From a virus (Duplodnaviria; Caudoviricetes): a stretch of 53,859 nucleotides of DNA. Both the position numbers and the translations under genes were made by a program. Shown here piece after piece: positions 9,482 to 16,890 of this stretch. Numbering within the stretch: the stretch's first letter is position 1; each line of letters opens with the position of its first letter. The notes beneath the pieces were generated by a model. The model searched no databases and was not told the origin of the DNA. It saw only the letters and a list, made by a program, of their open reading frames with translations. The stretch covers positions 1 through 53,859 of the IMG/VR virus record IMGVR_UViG_3300030106_005380; one strand, written 5' to 3'.

Positions 9482-9907
9482 TTATGCCTCCTCCTTTACA
9501 ACGTGATGGTTCCAGTTAACTGATCCCGCCTCTGGGTGCTTCCATGTCTCTTCAACCTTGTAGTTCTTAGACAACTTGTTATGTAGCACCATTCTCATAG
9601 CTGTCTTTTCCCAGTTGGTGAACTTGTGATTACCTCTATCCCAATGCTCTGCAACACTGCACAATTGGCTTACAGCCTCTTCCATCCACCCTGTAGGAGT
9701 GATGTGATTTAATGGGTATCCGTAGCCCCATGACTCTTCGAGTTGATGCCCGTTGTCAAAATCCTCGCCCTTGCAGAATTGCAAAGGACACTGTTCGATG
9801 TCTGAGATGAGAAAGTAAAAGTATCTTCCGCTTCCGTAGGAGTGACCCCATACAAGTTCTATGCCTAAGCTGGCGAATGCTTTGTTAAGTCCTTTTAAAG
9901 TTACCAT
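9482..9907 (-). CDS. Hypothetical early protein
   Basis: 141-aa ORF with a GGAGG SD and a TAAgATG junction. Confidence 0.65.
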   Translation of the reverse strand: MVTLKGLNKAFASLGIELVWGHSYGSGRYFYFLISDIEQCPLQFCKGEDFDNGHQLEESWGYGYPLNHITPTGWMEEAVSQLCSVAEHWDRGNHKFTNWEKTAMRMVLHNKLSKNYKVEETWKHPEAGSVNWNHHVVKEEA

Positions 9908-9908
9908 C

Positions 9909-10169
9909 TTACGCCTCCCTCCTTAACATTGAATCTGCAACCTTGTTCATTCTGCTGATTGTTTCTCTTATTGCCTTTAGTTCCGCAGCCAATCTTTCCT
10001 TTACAGCAACAGCATCGGCAGGGGAGTAATCTTCTTCTGCGTTGGCATCGAGTGTGTAGATGGTTTGTACTCTCGCTCTTAGCTCCTCCAAGGTAGAGTC
10101 GTAGGTAACTGAGTAACCATCACCGTAAGTATAACTTATTGTTATTGTAGGTAAGTAATTTAATTTCAT
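9909..10169 (-). CDS. Hypothetical early protein
   Basis: 86-aa ORF with leader TAACTCAAATAACTAAC, just downstream of the hammerhead candidate. Confidence 0.65.
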   Translation of the reverse strand: MKLNYLPTITISYTYGDGYSVTYDSTLEELRARVQTIYTLDANAEEDYSPADAVAVKERLAAELKAIRETISRMNKVADSMLRREA

Positions 10170-10186
10170 GTTAGTTATTTGAGTTA

Positions 10187-10246
10187 TTAGCTATCTCGTC
10201 AGATAAACTTGCTAAAGGCTGATGACTCCCCTTAAGGGAGTTTCGA
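10187..10246 (-). ncRNA. Candidate type II hammerhead ribozyme with pseudoknot
   Basis: Minus strand UC-GAAA-CUCCC-uuaag-GGGAG-UC^-AUCAGCCUU-uagc-AAGUUUAU-CUGACGA-GA-ua-GCUAA. Core nucleotides are intact and stem III is perfect. Stem II is 2 bp and stem I is imperfect. Confidence 0.6.
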
Positions 10247-10247
10247 A

Positions 10248-10463
10248 TTAAAAACCTGTGCCTACTTCGCTGTTCAAAAGACTGGCGATGTCTTTTTTTG
10301 TAAGTTTAAAATCAAAAGAGCTGATATTTGTTTCAGTGATGTTGCTTTTGCCGTGGCGCTCTTTTTCTTCTTTTAAGTATTCCAACGCTGCTTTTTTTGT
10401 AGGCAAGTAGTAAAGCTCGTCTTCGTTTCCGTGGAGTGTGTAAGATAATGTATATAGTGTCAT
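10248..10463 (-). CDS. Hypothetical early protein (71 aa)
   Basis: Start moved to ATG 10463 (MTLYTL), directly after leader TAACTCAAATAACTAAC. Confidence 0.65.
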   Translation of the reverse strand: MTLYTLSYTLHGNEDELYYLPTKKAALEYLKEEKERHGKSNITETNISSFDFKLTKKDIASLLNSEVGTGF

Positions 10464-10485
10464 GTTAGTTATTTGAGTTAATAAA

Positions 10486-10535
10486 TAATTAATGACACAT
10501 TGTAGAACATGAGTCAACAATTAAAAGTAGACTAA
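10486..10535 (-). promoter_or_regulatory. Sigma70-like promoter with operator variant
   Basis: Minus strand TTGACTCATG-ttctaca-ATGTGTCATTAAT, nearly identical in layout to the promoters at 8564-8595 and 26475-26503; plus-strand TGAGTC-N14-GACTAA. Confidence 0.7.
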
Positions 10536-10601
10536 CGTAAAAAAATAATTAACAGGATGCAGACGCCTAGAGAGAGCAGCAACCAGATAGGAATATCATC
10601 A

Positions 10602-11129
10602 CTAGGATAGCGCATTGTCTTTAAAGATTTGAATAAGGTGATGCGCCTGAGATAAAGCATCATTCAATGCGTGGTGTTTTGTGCCTACCTGAAGTGGTGT
10701 TTCTGATAAGGGAAAAGTTTCCTTTAATGTTCTAAAACATCTACTATTCCAGAATCTCCACGGCACTTGCATCTTACAGGTCTTGTAGGCTTCTGCGAGA
10801 TGGGCATTATCGAAGTCGGCTCCGTTACCCCAAAGGTATAGGTTGTTGTTTGGTCCCATCCAGTGTCTTAATTCATTGAGTGCGGTAGGTAGATCACTAG
10901 TGCTGTTCGTGATTTGTTCTCTTGCCTCTTCGTCTTGAAACATCCACCACTTAAGGCTATCCGCTTGTACTTTGAATCCTAGTTCTAATCCTGACTCAAC
11001 ACTGGGGTGAGCAATAAACTCGCCAGCTATCTTATTACTTTTTATTTTAATTGCTGCTATCGAAAAGATGACTGACTTGGGTGAAGTTCCAAGCGTTTCA
11101 ATGTCTAACATAATATGTGTATTGCTCAT
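10602..11129 (-). CDS. DEDDh 3'-5' exonuclease
   Basis: HIMLDIETLG, WGNGADFD, RCFRT, HHALNDA; likely start ATG 11129 (ATGA overlap). Confidence 0.9.
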   Translation of the reverse strand: MSNTHIMLDIETLGTSPKSVIFSIAAIKIKSNKIAGEFIAHPSVESGLELGFKVQADSLKWWMFQDEEAREQITNSTSDLPTALNELRHWMGPNNNLYLWGNGADFDNAHLAEAYKTCKMQVPWRFWNSRCFRTLKETFPLSETPLQVGTKHHALNDALSQAHHLIQIFKDNALS

Positions 11130-11605
11130 GGTGGCGGTATTAAATCTTTTTGTCTGATCATGTGACAAATCCCAAAACCGGGATCGACCAAGTTATCTTC
11201 TTTAAAGACCATGTCTTTTGTTGCATAGCCTACGAAACTGAAAACTCCTGTCGTCCACTTGCCTAACATCAAGGCGTAAGTGTCAGCAGGGTGATCGTAC
11301 TTCTCTTGTCTCACTAAAAGATTGTGATAATCTTCAGGAGCCGTTTTTACATCAACGTGCTTCATCTTGGGATGCCAAGCATCGGCATCTTGTCTGGTGT
11401 TACCAAGGTCTGGATAGAGGCGATAGATTTTACAGAATGCTAACTCACCAGCGAATCCTTCCCGATCTACTTCAAGAGAATCCTTGTCATGAACCTTCTG
11501 GTTGACGGTTCCTAACTTTCGATTAGTTACCTGCCTGATTAATGCCATCTTAGCAGCTATCTCTTTTTCAGCTTGGTTAAGCCTTATTATAATTTCTCCC
11601 ATCAT
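11126..11605 (-). CDS. Hypothetical protein, possible PD-(D/E)XK fold
   Basis: G.AGELAF...D...VDVKT pattern. Confidence 0.55.
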   Translation of the reverse strand: MMGEIIIRLNQAEKEIAAKMALIRQVTNRKLGTVNQKVHDKDSLEVDREGFAGELAFCKIYRLYPDLGNTRQDADAWHPKMKHVDVKTAPEDYHNLLVRQEKYDHPADTYALMLGKWTTGVFSFVGYATKDMVFKEDNLVDPGFGICHMIRQKDLIPPP

Positions 11606-11607
11606 GT

Positions 11608-12945
11608 TTAAATAATTCCCTCTGAGAAAGTCATTGTCTTTCTGTTGAAAATTACATCTATTGCACCCGTGGGACCGTTACGGTTTTTACATACCAGCAA
11701 ATCTCCATCTTCTTGGGCAATGCTTTGTTCTCTTTCTGGTCTATGAATAAGGATCACAGCGTCGGCATCTTGCTCAAGTTGACCTGATTCTCTTAGATCA
11801 CTCATTTTAGGGCGCTCACTTTTTTCAGATTCTCTCCTGAGTTGACAGAGACAAACAACAGCCACGTTGGCGGATCGTGCTGCTGCCTTTAATTTTGCTG
11901 AACATTCCGTTATCAGGAGGTAACGACTCTGTCTCTGTTCTTGGCTGTCAGGTCTGATAAGTCCAATGTAATCAATGACAACAACTTCAATTCCTTTTCT
12001 GCCAGCTTCACGAATCTTTGAGCAGGTTTGTGCAATAGTCAGGGTGGGGGGATCATAAATTTCTAAATCCCACTGCTTTAAATTTTTCATAGCGTTGGTA
12101 ATTTTAGAATGTTCAACAGCATTAGGTCTTTCTTCGTAGCTGGCGACCTGATAGCTAGTTTGTGATGCTTCGGCTATGAGTCGTGTACTCACCTGTACGC
12201 TTGTCATTTCGAGCGATATGAAAAGACTCCTGTGATTATTTTTTGCCAATCCGCTCATGAGATTGCATGCCAGTGCCGTTTTACCTGCTGACGGTCTTGC
12301 TCCAACTACGATGAATGCTTGTCGTTGAAGTCCACCAATCGTTTTGTCTAATTTTTCAAACCCAGTTTGCGCTCCTTTTATTCCTGGGTTTTTGTGATTC
12401 TCCATTTGCTGGTCAAGCAACTCATTGAGTACAGTTCCAATGGTTTTAGATTGGTCAGCGTGATGCTGCTTTAACTCTTTGAGTGAGTGAATGCCTTCTT
12501 CCAATTGATCAAGGTTTACCGTTCCATCAGCAACGCCTTGTGTAAGGCTGTGAAGTTTTCGATGAGTTGCTCTGTGTACATGCTTATCGGCAACTGTCTT
12601 TGCATAGTAATCGATGTGATCGGCTGCTTCGTGAGAGTTGTCAGTGGCGTCCATAATCTCGCTCCAAATTCCTGATGGGAGCTTTTCCGACATTTGACCA
12701 ACTTTAATTGCCAGTGCTGAAAGGCTTAAGGGGGTATCCTCGTCAACCATTTCAAGGATTTGATCCCATATTTTGCCTCTCCATGGGTTAGAAAAATACG
12801 ATCCATTTGGAATAATTTTGACAGCTTTGTTGACTGCGTTTTCCCCAGAGCTATCTCCATAGCTTTCGTCAGCAGCAAAGCATCCGATAACTTTAAGCTC
12901 TGCTGCCTTCAAGGCTTCATCTTGATAATTAAGTTCGTCGATCAT
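11608..12945 (-). CDS. dnaB: Replicative DNA helicase, DnaB family
   Basis: GARPSAGKT Walker A, SLEM, VVIDYIGL, QLRR, DLRESGQLEQDAD, KNRNGPTG. Confidence 0.96.
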   Translation of the reverse strand: MIDELNYQDEALKAAELKVIGCFAADESYGDSSGENAVNKAVKIIPNGSYFSNPWRGKIWDQILEMVDEDTPLSLSALAIKVGQMSEKLPSGIWSEIMDATDNSHEAADHIDYYAKTVADKHVHRATHRKLHSLTQGVADGTVNLDQLEEGIHSLKELKQHHADQSKTIGTVLNELLDQQMENHKNPGIKGAQTGFEKLDKTIGGLQRQAFIVVGARPSAGKTALACNLMSGLAKNNHRSLFISLEMTSVQVSTRLIAEASQTSYQVASYEERPNAVEHSKITNAMKNLKQWDLEIYDPPTLTIAQTCSKIREAGRKGIEVVVIDYIGLIRPDSQEQRQSRYLLITECSAKLKAAARSANVAVVCLCQLRRESEKSERPKMSDLRESGQLEQDADAVILIHRPEREQSIAQEDGDLLVCKNRNGPTGAIDVIFNRKTMTFSEGII

Positions 12946-13622
12946 AGTCGTGGCATATAATTTTCTTTTGGAGTTTTCTGTTGTTCATCATTCAAATGTT
13001 TAGACCATCTTTCTGCGTACAGCGTTAGATCTGCCCTCCAGTCCTGAATGGGTTGACCAAATTTTGTTAACCAACCGTTAGCCGATCTATCCAAATGCCA
13101 CTTGGTTGTTAGTTCTTTCAAGCTCGTGATAACAGGTCTGAGGGATTCGATCATGGGAAACTTCTCATCAGCAAACTTCATAGCTGCTGCTGCTGATGGG
13201 TTTTCCTCTACTACTTCTTTATTCTCTTCTCCTCTCCTCTCCTCTATTCTGGTGTTCATTCCGTCACGCTCTACCGTGACAGCATTCTTTCTCTTCTTAG
13301 CCTGCCTCTTTTGATTCTGCGCCCTAGTTTTGGCTGTACTTCCGTTATGTTCCTTGTAGTCAATGAATTGCAGCCCTTGATCAACTTCTTTTATCCAGCC
13401 GACTTCTGCCATTGCCTGTGCTAAATTTTCGATTCCCACCATGGTGTTGAGGGTGTCAAAATTCAGGTGATCAATGTAGCCATCATCATCAGCGTGTCCG
13501 TCGGCTATCATCCATGCGTGAACAATAGCTCCAAGTGCTGTGACGTTAGTCACGCCAGTACGTGACGCAATCGTGACCATTTTAGGTGAGTGTCTTAATT
13601 CTGTTCTAACTTTGATCCACAT
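12942..13622 (-). CDS. Phage replication initiator (O-like)
   Basis: MWIKV...PK N-terminus, LAQAMAEVGW, a basic RQAKKRK segment and a low-complexity linker; directly upstream of dnaB. Confidence 0.75.
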   Translation of the reverse strand: MWIKVRTELRHSPKMVTIASRTGVTNVTALGAIVHAWMIADGHADDDGYIDHLNFDTLNTMVGIENLAQAMAEVGWIKEVDQGLQFIDYKEHNGSTAKTRAQNQKRQAKKRKNAVTVERDGMNTRIEERRGEENKEVVEENPSAAAAMKFADEKFPMIESLRPVITSLKELTTKWHLDRSANGWLTKFGQPIQDWRADLTLYAERWSKHLNDEQQKTPKENYMPRL

Positions 13623-14016
13623 AAATTGTCTTTGTAATTGTGAAAGGCGATCTTGAGCCTTTGCGTTTTGTAATTCTCAATGGTCCGTATCCATATTTTT
13701 TCCAGAGCCGTGCCTTGATCCTGAATCCTTCCGTCTCTACGCCCTTAACATCTTCATAGATCCGCACACCTTTTTCAGTATAAGCAAAGTCGGGCTTGTA
13801 CTTTATTTCAGCATCCGAAAGTGAGGTTTGTGGCTGGAGTTCTAGTTTCTGTATATCGCCATCTTTCTCCATCACCTTCAGTTGTTCCGCACGATCCCGT
13901 TCAGCTTTGGAATCAAACATCCGTCCCTCGAACAAAAGGGATCCTGCTTTTTTAGCGCCATACTTGTTTTTTCTTTTAGGGACTTTCCCAAGCACCTTTT
14001 TGAGTTCTTTATCCAT
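13606..14016 (-). CDS. DUF1064-like putative endonuclease
   Basis: NKYGAKK...FDSKAE...LELQP...YKPDFAY...EDVKG. Confidence 0.85.
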   Translation of the reverse strand: MDKELKKVLGKVPKRKNKYGAKKAGSLLFEGRMFDSKAERDRAEQLKVMEKDGDIQKLELQPQTSLSDAEIKYKPDFAYTEKGVRIYEDVKGVETEGFRIKARLWKKYGYGPLRITKRKGSRSPFTITKTIYVDQS

Positions 14017-14287
14017 TTGCTCTGTCCATGAGGATCGAGTTATAGATCTTTGATTTAAGGAGCTTAATCTCTAACATCCTCATTTTTGCTTGCTGATGAA
14101 GACCTAGGAAAATAAAATTGGCTAATAAGCAGCCAATGGTTGCAAAAGGTTTATCCATTAGGAAAAAGACTAATGCAGCGATCAAACTGCAAAGAATGAC
14201 TCTACACCAGAAAATTTTAGCTTTTAGGCACTTGAATCTTTCGATTCTCCATTTGCGATGCTGTTCATTGGAGATTTGATCACGCAT
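14009..14287 (-). CDS. Two-TM membrane protein
   Basis: Two hydrophobic segments; coupled to its neighbours. Confidence 0.55.
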   Translation of the reverse strand: MRDQISNEQHRKWRIERFKCLKAKIFWCRVILCSLIAALVFFLMDKPFATIGCLLANFIFLGLHQQAKMRMLEIKLLKSKIYNSILMDRANG

Positions 14288-14498
14288 ATCTCACGCCTTT
14301 CTTCATCGGTATTCCAATCTCTTTGCAGCCTCTTTTTAGCTCATTTATAGTAAAATGCTCTGTGGATTTGTCGGCTCGCCAGCTTCCGATGAAGTATTCT
14401 AGTTTGCGTAAGCGGTAAAATTTTGAACGGCTCCATGAGGATTGAGTGTATTTATTAAGCCATTCAATACTGTCAGTGATATTGAGTTGAGTCTTCAT
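14280..14498 (-). CDS. Small HTH protein (excisionase/Cro-like)
   Basis: 72 aa, basic, SRSKFYRLRK helix; first gene of the replication operon near int. Confidence 0.55.
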   Translation of the reverse strand: MKTQLNITDSIEWLNKYTQSSWSRSKFYRLRKLEYFIGSWRADKSTEHFTINELKRGCKEIGIPMKKGVRYA

Positions 14499-14514
14499 TA
14501 TATTGATTGACTCA
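14488..14514. promoter_or_regulatory. TGAGTC-N15-GACTCA operator-like inverted repeat
   Basis: TGAGTC ttcattatattgatt GACTCA, overlapping the start codon of the xis/Cro-like gene. Confidence 0.7.
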
Positions 14515-14638
14515 AAATATTAACAAAAGTAAACTATGTCAACACGTAATAACACATTTCAAAACTTAATGTTAGGATTCGTTATTAAAATGCCAGGAAA
14601 TATTTCTTATAACTTGTTGATAACCAACCAAAAATAAA

Positions 14639-14908
14639 ATGGACGAACTTGATAATTTTTTTCACGTAGAAGTATGGAAAGAAAATGCTTTCTTTTTTAT
14701 AAGCCAACTGAAGAAAGGTCAGATCCTTTCAGCCGATAATATCGTCGAAATGGCTGAGACGGATCCAGAAATAGCATCACCTCCGCCAAGTGGCACTTGG
14801 CAATGGCCCATCGCAGAAGCTGAATGCGTCGATAAATTAATATTTACGGGAAAGGTTGGTCCTAAAGTCAATTACTTGCCTATTAACCCAATTTACAGGG
14901 TGGCATAG
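14639..14908 (+). CDS. Hypothetical protein
   Basis: 89-aa ORF, divergent from the replication operon and convergent with int. Confidence 0.5.
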   Translation: MDELDNFFHVEVWKENAFFFISQLKKGQILSADNIVEMAETDPEIASPPPSGTWQWPIAEAECVDKLIFTGKVGPKVNYLPINPIYRVA

Positions 14909-16121
14909 TTGATAACCATTTTTCACCTTCTTCGGGTGTAATCTCACCGAGGTAGTTTGATTTGATCATTGCGACGGAGTTATCACTTCGCAGCGCAGCT
15001 TCTCCCATTTCAACTCCTGTAGCAACCCATGAGCTAATGCAAGTATGACGGTGACCGTTGGCAACGTGTTCAACTCCTGATCGCCTTGAGGCATGTTCAA
15101 GTCTCTTGCTTATATACTTTGCTGAGTCAGTTCCAGCTATTGGCCCTTTGGAATTTTCATCCGCTCCAGCATAGCGAAGCCAAGCCTCAAGGGTGGGGGA
15201 GATGGCTACTTTACGGTGAGCTTTATTGTTTTTCGATACAGCAGCGGGGATTCGCAGATACTTTGTTTTCCATATAAAATTATTTTCCCAAGTCATTCTC
15301 GAAATTTCACAAACTCGGCAGGCAGCGAAGGCAGCGAGGGCGATCATAATAACCACCTCTTTATTTTTAGTCTTACACCTCATCCCGCTGGCTGTTTTGA
15401 GTAAGGTTGGCAATAAGTCAATATCCCATAATTCGACCTCTTCTACGCCCTTTTTTGAGCGTATTGCCTTTTTTTGCAGAATGTTGGCTGCATGATTGCC
15501 GTACGGGAGATATTTCATCATCTGGGCATAGTTGAAAAACTCTATAATCTTAGCCTGATAATTATAAACTGTTCTGGGCGCCCGCCCTGCAATAATAGAG
15601 GTATTCCACTCTAAAATCTCCTGCTCTGTTATTTCGTGAATATCAAACGGAAACATTTCCGTGAAAGGAAGAATCATATTTAGACCGCCTATTGTTGATT
15701 TGCACCGATTTAAATCCTTTTTGTTCTGCTTAAGCTCGTCCCAGATGGCCACAGTTGATTTGGGAGTGAACTCATCAGGCTGCTTTTGTCGATTAGTTAC
15801 AGCCTCATTAATGAGGGTGTCTATACGGAGTCGATCAGGTGAATCTTTTATTCTGGCAAAAGAATTTAGAAGATCGACGGCTGCTTTATACTCATTGAGT
15901 TCACGACCCGTTAAAGTAACGGCATCTCTTTGTTTTGTAATTTTGGTTTTTCTAGCTGCTGCTTTTGCCTCTTTTATGGTCTTATAAGTTCTTCTTATAC
16001 TCTTGCCATTTTCGCTGTGATATAAGGTAAAAGAGTTTCTGTTTTTGTAGATTGAAAAGGTCGTACTCCCTACTTTGAGTCTATCTACTATAGTTGAATC
16101 TTTGCTTTTTAATTTAGGCAT
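14883..16121 (-). CDS. int: Tyrosine integrase
   Basis: ACRVCEI (R), VSK (K), NGHRH (HxxR variant), SDNS..MIKSNY (catalytic Y); adjacent to a tRNA-derived att core. Confidence 0.92.
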   Translation of the reverse strand: MPKLKSKDSTIVDRLKVGSTTFSIYKNRNSFTLYHSENGKSIRRTYKTIKEAKAAARKTKITKQRDAVTLTGRELNEYKAAVDLLNSFARIKDSPDRLRIDTLINEAVTNRQKQPDEFTPKSTVAIWDELKQNKKDLNRCKSTIGGLNMILPFTEMFPFDIHEITEQEILEWNTSIIAGRAPRTVYNYQAKIIEFFNYAQMMKYLPYGNHAANILQKKAIRSKKGVEEVELWDIDLLPTLLKTASGMRCKTKNKEVVIMIALAAFAACRVCEISRMTWENNFIWKTKYLRIPAAVSKNNKAHRKVAISPTLEAWLRYAGADENSKGPIAGTDSAKYISKRLEHASRRSGVEHVANGHRHTCISSWVATGVEMGEAALRSDNSVAMIKSNYLGEITPEEGEKWLSTMPPCKLG

Positions 16122-16131
16122 CTCGATTGGC

Positions 16132-16360
16132 TGTATGAAAAAATATGAAAGAAATATGACACATATTAGAACATAAATAAAGAATTTAATGAAATATCGA
16201 TGTCATTAAATTTTCATATACTGCTATAATAGTATATAAAACGAGTCATCCTTTAAAGGTCGACTGGGTTCGAGTCCCGTCCACTCCGCCACTACAAGTA
16301 ACACATTATCAACAAGTTATAAGGGTGGACAAAAAGTGTATGAAAGAAATATGAAAAAAT
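16132..16360. mobile_element. attP site: tRNA-Asp 3' fragment, arm-type repeats and IHF-like site
   Basis: GGGTTCGAGTCCCGTCCACTCCGCCA (16266-16291) is a T-arm plus acceptor 3' end with CCA, typical of tRNA-Asp. TATGAAAGAAATATGA occurs at 16144-16159 and 16339-16354. TATCAACAAGTTA (16307-16319) fits WATCAANNNNTTR. Confidence 0.88.
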
Positions 16361-16435
16361 TTTTCGTAGTTTTTTTCATTCTGTGTCGTGAAAATAAACG
16401 TGACACATTGTGACACACTTTTTATTTGACCTAAG

Positions 16436-16462
16436 TGAGTCATTAATCTACTTATTGAGTCA
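16436..16462. promoter_or_regulatory. TGAGTC-N15-GAGTCA operator-like site upstream of the RHH gene
   Basis: TGAGTCAttaatctacttatTGAGTCA; TGACACA variants at 16401 and 16411. Confidence 0.65.
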
Positions 16463-16546
16463 TAGAAGCATTTGATAAATTAATATTTTATTAATGTTAA
16501 GTTTGTTAATTGACCAAAAGCCACACACAAAAACCGAGAATGAATA

Positions 16547-16843
16547 ATGCCACCTAAGCCAGAAAGACGAGTTGTCACCACCTTTAGATTACCTGAATCC
16601 GACAAAATAAAAATCGAAAACCACTTAGCCAAAATGGGTGAGACTTGGCAGAGTTACCTTGAGCCGATGGCTTACTCTGTCCTTAATGAAGGTAAAGCTA
16701 GGAAAGACTTTTTAGATACAACAAGAGACAAGGCAATGAAAGAAAACGCTGCTGCCTCTATTGAGTTATTAGAAAAGACTATAACCAAGTTAAAGAACAT
16801 CACCAACAACAGAGGATATAGAGGAAACAGAACGGGTGATTAG
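16547..16843 (+). CDS. Ribbon-helix-helix-like regulator (candidate repressor)
   Basis: VVTTFRLPESDKIKIENHLAKMGETWQSYL fits a beta-strand plus two helices; lone gene beside attP. Confidence 0.6.
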   Translation: MPPKPERRVVTTFRLPESDKIKIENHLAKMGETWQSYLEPMAYSVLNEGKARKDFLDTTRDKAMKENAAASIELLEKTITKLKNITNNRGYRGNRTGD

Positions 16844-16850
16844 CTTGTGC

Positions 16851-16890
16851 TAGTCTTATTAAGAATTAATAAACCTTAATAAGCAGGCTA
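16851..16890. terminator. Hairpin between convergent genes
   Basis: CTTATTAAG...CTTAATAAG inverted repeat between the 16843 and 16888 stops; no clear U tract. Confidence 0.4.

Noticed and set aside
10219-10247. Plus-strand hammerhead (CTGATGA plus hairpin)
   Set aside because: The hairpin is followed by TTTCGAA rather than GAAA; the complete core exists only on the minus strand.
10532-10615. 27-aa hydrophobic ORF MRYPSDDIPIWLLLSLGVCILLIIFLR (-)
   Set aside because: A plausible TM peptide, but too short and unsupported to call.
6056-14016. Restriction-modification system
   Set aside because: The MTase has no adjacent endonuclease; the nuclease-like ORFs at 11126 and 13606 are ordinary replication-region genes several kb away.
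16215-16291. Complete tRNA or tmRNA gene
   Set aside because: Only the T-loop and acceptor 3' strand are present. There is no GGAGTGG 5' strand, D arm or anticodon arm upstream, and T-stem pairing breaks before 16266. It is an att core.
16132-16360. CRISPR-like array
   Set aside because: The repeats are 10-11-nt tandem units without unique spacers; they fit integrase arm sites. No cas genes are seen.
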